Below are positions 8,508 through 15,780 of a stretch of DNA of 40,843 nucleotides, in pieces; position 1 is the first letter of the stretch; the number at the start of each line of letters is the position of its first letter. A program made the position numbers and the translations under genes. The stretch covers positions 1 to 40,843 of the IMG/VR virus record IMGVR_UViG_3300005467_000022; one strand, written 5' to 3'. Source of the DNA: a virus. The notes below the pieces were generated by a model. The model was not told the DNA's origin and did no database searches. It was given only the letters and a program-made list of their open reading frames with translations.

Positions 8508-8975
8508 TCAGCGTCGCAGATAGGCACGGCCCGCCACGGGCGCGCCGAAGGTGATGGTCAGCCGGGAGTCGTCCAGGTACGCCACATCACCCTGAGTGAT
8601 CTCATTGTCCGTGTTGAGCGTGCTGACGCTGGGGAACGACTTCAGGCCATGATCCACCGTCCACACCGGCTCAGCGGTGGGGTGGTTGTGAACGAATGTC
8701 GCGGGCCAGACCCGGGTCAACTCCGGGTCGGTGTCGATGACGAGATAGAACGACGACCCGTTGATGTAACCCCAGTAGTCACCCGCCTCCACCCAGAACG
8801 AGGCGATGCCCGACGACGGCAGCACCACCGGGTTGGGCACGGCGACCGTCCCCGTGGCGTCGGTCCACAACTCTGCCAGGGGCGGACCGCTACGCGGGTA
8901 GACGTGCAGCTTCTGGCCCGAAGCCGGGGCACCGTCCGGAGTCCAATAATTTTCAGCGTATGGCGCTAGAGCCAA
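8508..8975 (-). CDS. Structural protein with a C-terminal beta-sandwich module (155 aa from TTG 8975; alternative start 9014)
   Basis: The C-terminal WTVDHGLKSFPSVSTLNTDNEITQGDVAYLDDSRLTITF parallels 8142..8495. An AAGGGA RBS precedes TTG 8975. Confidence 0.45.
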   Translation of the reverse strand: MALAPYAENYWTPDGAPASGQKLHVYPRSGPPLAELWTDATGTVAVPNPVVLPSSGIASFWVEAGDYWGYINGSSFYLVIDTDPELTRVWPATFVHNHPTAEPVWTVDHGLKSFPSVSTLNTDNEITQGDVAYLDDSRLTITFGAPVAGRAYLRR

Positions 8976-9047
8976 TGCACTGTCCCTTTGTGAGCGGAAC
9001 CCTGCCGAGTGCAAGTCGGCAGGGTTCCCGGTCTCGTACGGATCAGG

Positions 9048-9527
9048 CTACTTGGGAGACTTCGGAAAACGAAGCTGAATACCCGCCGCACGTCGTTTTC
9101 GTTCTTCCCGTTGCCGGTGACAGGTTCGACAATCCCGCCTCCACAACCCCTCCCTTCGACCTTTTCGAAGCATTGTGTTTTCTTCGCTGTACGGATGCCC
9201 TTGGGGGCACTCAGTCCTGGACTTCTGGTGAGTACCGAATACACCAAGGGGGGCGGCGCGCCTTACGTTCTCCGCATGTGTCACAGGCTCCAAGTGGTCT
9301 GGGTTCACACATTCACGGACCCGACAAAGGTGATCGATGTGCAACCCGTCGGGAATCGGTCCGACCCACAATTCGTAGGCCACCCGATGCGCACCTGTGT
9401 TAACGCCACCCCACCGAATGAGCCCATGCCCGGACGGGAATTTAGCTGCGATCCAAGGCAGACACCCATTTTCATCTGGGAGACCCACCTTGGACCAGAA
9501 CCGGACCTTCGACATACGATGCCCCAT
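9048..9527 (-). CDS. Free-standing HNH homing endonuclease (159 aa)
   Basis: The HNH core is HRVAYELWVGPIPDGLHIDHLCRVRECVNPDHLEPVTHAEN, followed by a CxxxH...CxxC tail. A GAGGAG RBS is present. The local G+C and codon usage are visibly atypical. Confidence 0.85.
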   Translation of the reverse strand: MGHRMSKVRFWSKVGLPDENGCLPWIAAKFPSGHGLIRWGGVNTGAHRVAYELWVGPIPDGLHIDHLCRVRECVNPDHLEPVTHAENVRRAAPLGVFGTHQKSRTECPQGHPYSEENTMLRKGRREGLWRRDCRTCHRQREERKRRAAGIQLRFPKSPK

Positions 9528-9550
9528 GCTGACTCCTCACAGTCGGCCAA

Positions 9551-9577
9551 CCCCCGGATCGGGCCTGATCGCGGGGG
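9551..9577 (-). terminator. Hairpin downstream of 9605..10306
   Basis: The sequence is CCCCCGGATC-gggcct-GATCgCGGGGG, a 10-bp stem with one bulge. Confidence 0.4.
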
Positions 9578-9604
9578 CTTTGCATGTGGAGCATCGTACA
9601 ACAG

Positions 9605-10306
9605 CTACGCGGCCAAAGCAGTCGCGCCGCAGGCAGCCGCAGGCGGCGGCACGGTGACCGTCTCGAAGTGGAGGTGGTCCGTGTCGTCGATCGCCGTGAG
9701 GATCTTCTCGGGCGTGCCCGTGGCCGCGTCCCCGCGCACGAGGTACGAGTTCGGGCCGGTGCCCCAGCCGGAGCCGGTGGACGTGCGGGCCGTCATGGTC
9801 AGGGTCAGCGCCGCGTTGGCGATGGACCACTCCCCCAGACGCGCCTGGACGATGTACGGGAACAGCCAGTAGCCGTAGGGCTTGTCGCCGCTCGCGTCGC
9901 AGGGAACACCGTTGACGCCGGACCACAGCTCCATCGCGAACGAGGCCGTACCCGTCAGCTCCCCGTTGAGGCGGAAACCCACGGTGTCCGTGGTCGGCGT
10001 CGCGTCGTTCACCACCAGCGGGTTGCCGGTGATGATGTTGACCGCGTCGGGGTCGATGTTGCACATGACGACGGTGAGGTCGATCCACCGCAGCGCGGGG
10101 CGCCCCTGATCGTCGATGCAGAGGTCACCGTTGGCGTTGAGCTGGGTGATCTCCTCCGGATCCAGGTAGTTCGGTGCCCCATCGACGTTGATGAACCCGT
10201 CGGTGACCAGCGTCCCCGTCGGCCCCGGAACCGGGGCGCCGCAGGCATCCAGGCGCGTCAGACGCATGCGGGACGCGCGCGCCAGCTTCACACAGCGAGT
10301 GGCCAT
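9605..10306 (-). CDS. Abundant structural protein; candidate major tail (tube) subunit by elimination (233 aa)
   Basis: It has a very strong AAGGAGGA RBS and is followed by a hairpin. No other tube candidate is present and the canonical slot before the chaperones is empty. I do not recognise the family. Confidence 0.3.
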   Translation of the reverse strand: MATRCVKLARASRMRLTRLDACGAPVPGPTGTLVTDGFINVDGAPNYLDPEEITQLNANGDLCIDDQGRPALRWIDLTVVMCNIDPDAVNIITGNPLVVNDATPTTDTVGFRLNGELTGTASFAMELWSGVNGVPCDASGDKPYGYWLFPYIVQARLGEWSIANAALTLTMTARTSTGSGWGTGPNSYLVRGDAATGTPEKILTAIDDTDHLHFETVTVPPPAAACGATALAA

Positions 10307-10309
10307 GGC

Positions 10310-10534
10310 TCAGTCCTCCTTCGTGCGCGACCGCGCGCGCCGCTTCGGTGCCGTCTCCGGGGTCCCGGTCACGGCTCTGTGATACAGCTCCGCGAGCGGA
10401 GCGGGGACGGTGAATTCCGTCCCGCCCCGCGTGGTGCGGACGATCTCCGGGGTGTCCCCGGCCAGCTCCAGGAGCGCCCGCGCCGTTTCCGCGAGCGCGC
10501 CCTGGGCCGGGACGACGGTCACACGGCCGCTCAC
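10310..10534 (-). CDS. Hypothetical small protein (74 aa)
   Basis: The GTG start overlaps the upstream TGA (GTGA). Third-position G+C is high and the C-terminus is basic (KRRARSRTKED). Confidence 0.45.
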   Translation of the reverse strand: MSGRVTVVPAQGALAETARALLELAGDTPEIVRTTRGGTEFTVPAPLAELYHRAVTGTPETAPKRRARSRTKED

Positions 10535-11385
10535 GGCGCCGCCAGAGTGACGACCGCCGGAGCGGCCACGGGGACCTGTACCGCGTACACGACCGGGCAC
10601 GCCCACGTGTGCGCGTAGACCCGCTCCGCGAGCGCCAGCCACTGGTTGTGGACACGGTCTATGGTGGCGGTGACGTCCGGCTGGATCACGGCGGAGCGCC
10701 GGATCGTGACCGGGGGCGTCATGAACGCCCACACGGACCCGGCCTCCGGCGCGATGCCGCCAGGTCCCGCGATGCCGTACCCGGCGCCGAACACCAGACT
10801 GGAGCCCATCGGGGTGATGAGGCGTCCCCCCTGACTCTCAGCCACCTGGGCATAGGCCAGCGCCGCGTACGCGCGCATGGACACGTGGATGACCCCGGTG
10901 TACCCGTAGTCGTCGTAGAACGCGTCCTCCAGCGCCGCGATGGCGGCCCCCGCACCGTCGCCCGAGGGCACGACCGTGACCACGCCGGGGGTGCCGATGA
11001 GGTTCGGGTCGGAGGCGACCGCCGTGCCGCCCCAGAACTGGGACTCCACCGCGTGCTGCTCACCGGCCGCGAGGCGGCGCCGGACCGAGGCGGCGATCTC
11101 CGTGGCGGAGGTGCCGACGGTGCCGCACTTGCGGGTGGCGTACACCCAGTACGGCACGGCCTCCATGTACGCAAGACCCTCGTCGAAGGTCTTCACCGGG
11201 TGCGTGGCGCAGTTCGCGTCATAGGCCCGGACCAGGCCGCAGTCCTCGGCCGCGAACTGGAAGCCCGAGCCGATACCGCGCGTGTCCAGGTCGTCGAGCG
11301 GAGGCGCCACCGAGAACAGCCCGTACCGCTGGCGGCCGGGTGCCGGTGAACTGATCAGCTCACCATTGCTGATGATCCCTGCCAT
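10531..11385 (-). CDS. Second HK97-fold capsid-like protein (284 aa)
   Basis: The pattern SVRRRLAAGEQHAVESQFWGG, VIHVSMRAYAAL, LITPMGSSLVFGAGYG and NQWLALAERVY parallels HK97 gp5 landmarks as I recall them. A GGGAGGGA RBS is present. Confidence 0.4.
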   Translation of the reverse strand: MAGIISNGELISSPAPGRQRYGLFSVAPPLDDLDTRGIGSGFQFAAEDCGLVRAYDANCATHPVKTFDEGLAYMEAVPYWVYATRKCGTVGTSATEIAASVRRRLAAGEQHAVESQFWGGTAVASDPNLIGTPGVVTVVPSGDGAGAAIAALEDAFYDDYGYTGVIHVSMRAYAALAYAQVAESQGGRLITPMGSSLVFGAGYGIAGPGGIAPEAGSVWAFMTPPVTIRRSAVIQPDVTATIDRVHNQWLALAERVYAHTWACPVVYAVQVPVAAPAVVTLAAP

Positions 11386-11409
11386 GTGTCGTCCCTCCCT
11401 TCAGAGGAA

Positions 11410-11451
11410 GGCCCCGCCCGCGCCACATGGACGACGGGAGCGGGCGGGGCC
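11410..11451 (-). terminator. 12-bp GC hairpin immediately downstream of the major capsid gene
   Basis: GGCCCCGCCCGC pairs with GCGGGCGGGGCC across an 18-nt loop. Confidence 0.6.
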
Positions 11452-11465
11452 GGTAGGGGAGAGGA

Positions 11466-13199
11466 TCAGGCCGCAGCGACCGGGGCGGCGCAGGACGTGT
11501 AGACCTGAGCGGCGGTCGCACCCGACGGGCAGGTCTGGGCGGTGTACCGGCGGATCTGGCCGCAGGGGAAGAGGAGGCCGAAGCCCTCTTCCGAGAACAG
11601 CCGCGTGAACAGGTTCTGCGTCAGGTTGGTGGAGTCGTAGACGTTGGAGAGCGTCACGACGTCCTGGCGCGCGAGCACCGCCGCACCGGCCGGGTAGATC
11701 AGGAAGTCCACCGTGGTCGGCAGCGCCGTGAGCGGCACCGCCGGGTCGCCGGGACGGCCGCCGCCCGCTCCGCCCGCGTAGAAGTCCTGCCAGTCGTAGA
11801 CGAACTGGGGGCGGATGTTGCGGGCGCTGAACCAGGCCACGAGCTGCGCATCGGCCAGCGCCGCGTTCTGCGGGTCCCAGCCGTTCTTGCGGATGACGTC
11901 GGCCCGGAACTGGGTCAGGACCCAGAGCGGGAGCACAACCTCGAAGGTCGCGTTGCGCGCCATGCGGTCGCGGTAACGCAGGTCGGTCGCCGCGAGGTCG
12001 ACCGCCGACAGGACCGAGGCCACCGCAGACGAGTCGGCCGCGAGGCCAGCAGCACCGGTGCCCGTGATGGTGCCCTGGGCCGGGATGACGATCGGTGCGC
12101 CCGCGCGCGTCACCAGGCGGCTGATGATCGTCTGGTTCAGCTTGTGCGCGTGGTTGGTCAGAAGACCGTCCACCCAGGTCTCCACCAGCTCGGGGAAGCC
12201 CGCCGCCTGGAGGAACGACCCGGTGATGCAGGTGACCGCGACGTCGAGCCGCATCTCGGTCGGCGTCGGGCAGGGGATCTCGGCGCAGTCCTTCTCGGTG
12301 CCAGCGATCACCTGGGCCTCGGTGAGGACCGTGAACGAGGCCGATGCCTGGAGCTCGGCGTAGGTGGGGGTGTTGCTGAAGTAGCTGAACCCGCCCCGGC
12401 GCGCCTGCGCGGTGGGCAGGTCGAGCATGCCGTCCATGCTCCACAGGGCGCACAGGTCGTAGAGCTGTTCCGAGGGGGCACACCAGCCCGCCGCCGCCGT
12501 GAGCGACTGCGTCTCCTTGAAACCCTTCTGCCACGCGCTGAGGAGGGAGCCGCCCTCAAGGCGGTTCTCCTTGATCATCTTCTGGACCGTGGCGTAGTCG
12601 GCCGCCTCGGACTTGATCAGCTCGAAGCCCTCTGCCCGCTCACGGGTGAGCTGCGCGATGGCGCGCTTGGCGCCGGTCCCGCCGCCGCCGTGGCCGTAGG
12701 TCTGGAACGACTTGACCACGGCCCGGGTGATCTCGCTGAGGTTCGTCTCGTCCCCGTACCGCTTCCCGATCGCGCCCGCACCGTCCGGCGTGAGCTGCAT
12801 CGTGAAGGAGCCGCGCCGCTCGGGGGCCGGGGGCGTCTGCGGGGCCGCCTGCGGCGCGAGCTGCGCCACTGAGGGCACGACCGGAGCGGGCGCCGCAGCA
12901 GCGGTCACCGCGCCCGGCTCGGGGTCGGTGGAGGGAGCGGGCTCGGTCTCCGGGTCCGGCGTCGGGTCGGGCTCGGACGCGAACGCCTCGCGGGCTGCCT
13001 GGAGGGTGGCGGCGCGCTCGGTGCGCGTGGTCTGCTCCGTGGTCACGGCGCTGCGCTGCGCCGCGAGCGACTCCAGCTCGGCCGCCTCTTCGGCGGTCAG
13101 CTCCGTCTGGGCGGACAGCTCACGGCCACGCGTGTGGACGCGGGCCAGCTCCGCACCGAGGGCGGCGTCGTCGAGAGCTGCAAGCTCTTCGGGGGTCAT
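11466..13199 (-). CDS. Major capsid protein with an N-terminal scaffold-like coiled-coil/Pro-rich domain (577 aa)
   Basis: The N-terminal ~150 aa are helical and Pro/Glu-rich. The body contains AAAGWCAPSEQLYDL and a C-terminal NLFTRLFSEEGFGLLFP. The gene follows the protease and is flanked by hairpins on both sides. Confidence 0.7.
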   Translation of the reverse strand: MTPEELAALDDAALGAELARVHTRGRELSAQTELTAEEAAELESLAAQRSAVTTEQTTRTERAATLQAAREAFASEPDPTPDPETEPAPSTDPEPGAVTAAAAPAPVVPSVAQLAPQAAPQTPPAPERRGSFTMQLTPDGAGAIGKRYGDETNLSEITRAVVKSFQTYGHGGGGTGAKRAIAQLTRERAEGFELIKSEAADYATVQKMIKENRLEGGSLLSAWQKGFKETQSLTAAAGWCAPSEQLYDLCALWSMDGMLDLPTAQARRGGFSYFSNTPTYAELQASASFTVLTEAQVIAGTEKDCAEIPCPTPTEMRLDVAVTCITGSFLQAAGFPELVETWVDGLLTNHAHKLNQTIISRLVTRAGAPIVIPAQGTITGTGAAGLAADSSAVASVLSAVDLAATDLRYRDRMARNATFEVVLPLWVLTQFRADVIRKNGWDPQNAALADAQLVAWFSARNIRPQFVYDWQDFYAGGAGGGRPGDPAVPLTALPTTVDFLIYPAGAAVLARQDVVTLSNVYDSTNLTQNLFTRLFSEEGFGLLFPCGQIRRYTAQTCPSGATAAQVYTSCAAPVAAA

Positions 13200-13291
13200 G
13201 GGTTCTCCCTGGTCTGCAAGGGGGTCTCGGACGGTGTCATCACGTCGGACCGGCCCGCAGCCAGGCGCCCTACCGGGCCAGGATACAGCGA

Positions 13292-13325
13292 CGCCCCCTG
13301 GGGGTCCGAGGACTTCCAGGGGGCG
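13292..13325 (-). terminator. 10-bp hairpin in the 150-nt gap upstream of the capsid gene
   Basis: CGCCCCCTGG pairs with CCAGGGGGCG across a 14-nt loop. It could be an attenuator or an RNA-processing element. Confidence 0.4.
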
Positions 13326-13349
13326 ACGAGCTGTTCACCAGGGACGAGT

Positions 13350-13508
13350 CTACGCCTTCTTCGTCGGCTCCCAGCCCACGGTCCCGCCGCCGTGCGTCGC
13401 CAGGTACATGCGCGCCTCGGTGTCGGTGCTGAACTTCTTCACCGTCCCGTCGTTGGCCTTGGCCACGAACTGTCCCGTGGACCCGCCGGTCCTTCCGCAG
13501 CACCCCAT
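13350..13508 (-). CDS. Hypothetical small protein (52 aa, MGCCGRTGGSTGQF...)
   Basis: A GGGGGAA RBS precedes ATG 13508 and third-position G+C is good. The longer track ORF is an upstream extension. Confidence 0.45.
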   Translation of the reverse strand: MGCCGRTGGSTGQFVAKANDGTVKKFSTDTEARMYLATHGGGTVGWEPTKKA

Positions 13509-13510
13509 GT

Positions 13511-13726
13511 CTATTCCCCCTGATTCCGCGCGATGGCCGCGTTCGCCCAGAACACGACCTCTTCCAGCTTGGTCAGGGCCAGGGACTGCTCCCGGCTCTG
13601 GGGCACTTCCTCGTCGATGAACTGGGCCAGCCCCAGGGCCCCGCCCCGGACCGTGTCCATGATCTCCAGCCACTCCTGACTCACGGAGTGCGAGATGAAC
13701 CTGTTGTGGATCTCCTGTTGTGCCAT
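13511..13726 (-). CDS. Small helical protein; possible N4 gp49 / Sf6 gp66 (Acb2-like) family member (71 aa)
   Basis: The sequence is MAQQEIHNRFISHSVSQEWL...VPQSREQSLALTKLEEVVFWANAAIARNQGE. The SRExSLAxTKLEE..WANAAI motif matches that family from memory only. Confidence 0.4.
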   Translation of the reverse strand: MAQQEIHNRFISHSVSQEWLEIMDTVRGGALGLAQFIDEEVPQSREQSLALTKLEEVVFWANAAIARNQGE

Positions 13727-13727
13727 G

Positions 13728-14837
13728 TCAGATCGCCTCCCACTCGGACCGTGCCCACGCGGCGCGTGCGGCGGTCCCCTTGTCGTCGTCCGTCGCCTTG
13801 ATCGTAGGCGGTTCCACCTTGAACGTGGCGATGAGGGACTGCTGACCACCCCGCTCGATCGAGAACGACACCTTGCGCAGCACCGGGAAACCGGGCGTGT
13901 TGACCGCGCACACGGCCACCAGCTCCAGGTTCCCGCCGACACGCCGCCAGTCCCCGGACACGTCCAGGTCCGCGAGCTGGCTGACCCGGTCCGGGTCCGC
14001 GTAGGGCGGCACCCAGCCCGCGACCCAGATCCCATGCTCGTCCTCACCGATGTTCACCCGGGCCACGGCCGAACCGACGTCGTCGTAGTGCGCGAGGGCG
14101 GCGACGACCCCGGCCGCCGGGTCCGCATGGCCGCCGCCGACGGTGAGCACCCCGACGGGGACAGTCTCCCCCGTCGCCACGGTCTGCTCCTGCCGCAGGA
14201 AGTGGGCGTAGTGCGTGGCGCTGGACGGTGCCGTGGTGCAGCCGGGCAGCCCGATATGACACGTCGACCACAGAGCCACGTATCCATGGACCCGGTCACC
14301 GTCGACGGTGACGGGCCCGACCTCGGCGGGGCGTGCGAAGTACTCCAGCGGGGGCTGGACCACCGGTGCGGCAGCGAGGATCACGGGCTCGGCCATGACC
14401 CCATCCGCCATGACCGGCTCGGGTGCTGCCTCCGGCTCCAGCTCGATCGAGACCTCGGCGAAGGCGGGGATCGCGACCAGCGTCGCGCCGGCCACCCGGG
14501 CTGAGGTGATGACGACGCGGTCGGAGTCGTCGACCACGTACTCAAGGTCGTCGAGATCCATGGACGGCCCGATCACGCCCGCCTCGATGAGCTGTTGCGC
14601 CTCGGACGCCTCCGGCACGTCGAGCATGGTCCCGGTGACTGCCACGGTGTCCTGCCCGAAAGTGATGGTCTCGAACCTGCCGACCACCACCGATCCCGCG
14701 TGCCCGTCGCTGGACTGACGCTGCCAGCTCATCGGGAGCGGGAGATCGCGGGAGGTCAGTCCTCCTGGGGTGATGATCCGGCCATCGCCGGTCGGTGTAC
14801 CCAGGCGCCCGATGACGCTCCGAAACCTGCGAGCCAT
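13728..14837 (-). CDS. Capsid maturation protease (369 aa)
   Basis: The start MARRFRSVIGRLGTPTGDGRII overlaps the upstream TAA (TAATG). The gene lies between the MuF-like and capsid genes. The protease call is largely positional. Confidence 0.55.
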   Translation of the reverse strand: MARRFRSVIGRLGTPTGDGRIITPGGLTSRDLPLPMSWQRQSSDGHAGSVVVGRFETITFGQDTVAVTGTMLDVPEASEAQQLIEAGVIGPSMDLDDLEYVVDDSDRVVITSARVAGATLVAIPAFAEVSIELEPEAAPEPVMADGVMAEPVILAAAPVVQPPLEYFARPAEVGPVTVDGDRVHGYVALWSTCHIGLPGCTTAPSSATHYAHFLRQEQTVATGETVPVGVLTVGGGHADPAAGVVAALAHYDDVGSAVARVNIGEDEHGIWVAGWVPPYADPDRVSQLADLDVSGDWRRVGGNLELVAVCAVNTPGFPVLRKVSFSIERGGQQSLIATFKVEPPTIKATDDDKGTAARAAWARSEWEAI

Positions 14838-15007
14838 TACGGCCACCTCCGATGGCACTTGCAACGGCACGGTGCCGCGCAGAACTTGCACTGCGCCGGG
14901 ATCTTGTCCCCGGCCGCTCCCTTGTCGCCCGCGCAGTATCCGTGGTCGCCATGCAGACACGCGGTCGACAGATACCGATGGCGCCGTACGAACCGGACCC
15001 ATGTCAC
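14837..15007 (-). CDS. Small Cys/His-rich protein (56 aa)
   Basis: The GTG start overlaps the MuF TGA (GTGA). The sequence is VTWVRFVRRHRYLSTACLHGDHGYCAGDKGAAGDKIPAQCKFCAAPCRCKCHRRWP, with high third-position G+C. Confidence 0.5.
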   Translation of the reverse strand: MTWVRFVRRHRYLSTACLHGDHGYCAGDKGAAGDKIPAQCKFCAAPCRCKCHRRWP

Positions 15008-15780
15008 GGGTTCTGCCTCCGGCTCCAGTCGAGCCGCTCCCCATCGACCAGGTATGCGCAACCGCAACGACAATTAATCACAGACGCCGCAGGGCCCCGG
15101 GGATCGCCGGGGAACTGGAGCCGGGCCCCGCCCACGACGAACGGCTCGGCGATCAGTGTGCTCTGTCCGTCGGCGGCCCGGTGCGCGGGGCGCGTCCTTT
15201 CGTCCCGAGTGCTGATCCACACCTTGCGGGGAGCGAGGTCGCCCCGTTCACGCGCCGCCTCCAGCGCGCCGAAGTAGGCGCCCGCCTGGACCGCGCCCTG
15301 GACCTCGGTGCGCGCCACGACGACGGCCCGGTTGGGCCAGTACTCCGAACCGCTCGCGGTCAGCACGGTCCGCACCCTGGCACTGATCTCGGGGATGCCC
15401 TCGCTGCGCGCGAGGCCGGTCTCGATCTCGCGCACCACGAGCGAGTAGACCTCGTCCGGCACGCGCCGCAGCCGGTTGCCCGCCTCGTTCAGGTACGCCG
15501 CCGCTTCCCGGTCGGTCACCGCCTCGTCCTCGGGCGCGCCGGTGAGACGGTTGCGCACGCGGACCAGGAGGCCTGAGGCGACCGACACCACCTCGGAGTC
15601 CATGAGCTGGCCCCAGTAGACCGTGTGACCGCCGAGCGCCTGCGGTGCCGGTGGTCCGTCGGCGGGCAGCACCTGGGGGCGCACGCGGTCCATCCACCGG
15701 GTCAGCGACCGGAACCACGCCCTCCGCATGCGGTCCTCTCCCTGGGTGACGAGGGGATCGTCCTCAGGCGGCGTCGACAC
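15004..15780 (-). CDS. MuF / SPP1 gp7-like head morphogenesis protein (258 aa; alternative ATG at 15729 with a GGGAGAGGA RBS)
   Basis: The motifs DERTRPAHRAADGQ and VINCRCG are typical of the family, and the gene lies immediately after the portal. Confidence 0.75.
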   Translation of the reverse strand: MSTPPEDDPLVTQGEDRMRRAWFRSLTRWMDRVRPQVLPADGPPAPQALGGHTVYWGQLMDSEVVSVASGLLVRVRNRLTGAPEDEAVTDREAAAYLNEAGNRLRRVPDEVYSLVVREIETGLARSEGIPEISARVRTVLTASGSEYWPNRAVVVARTEVQGAVQAGAYFGALEAARERGDLAPRKVWISTRDERTRPAHRAADGQSTLIAEPFVVGGARLQFPGDPRGPAASVINCRCGCAYLVDGERLDWSRRQNP

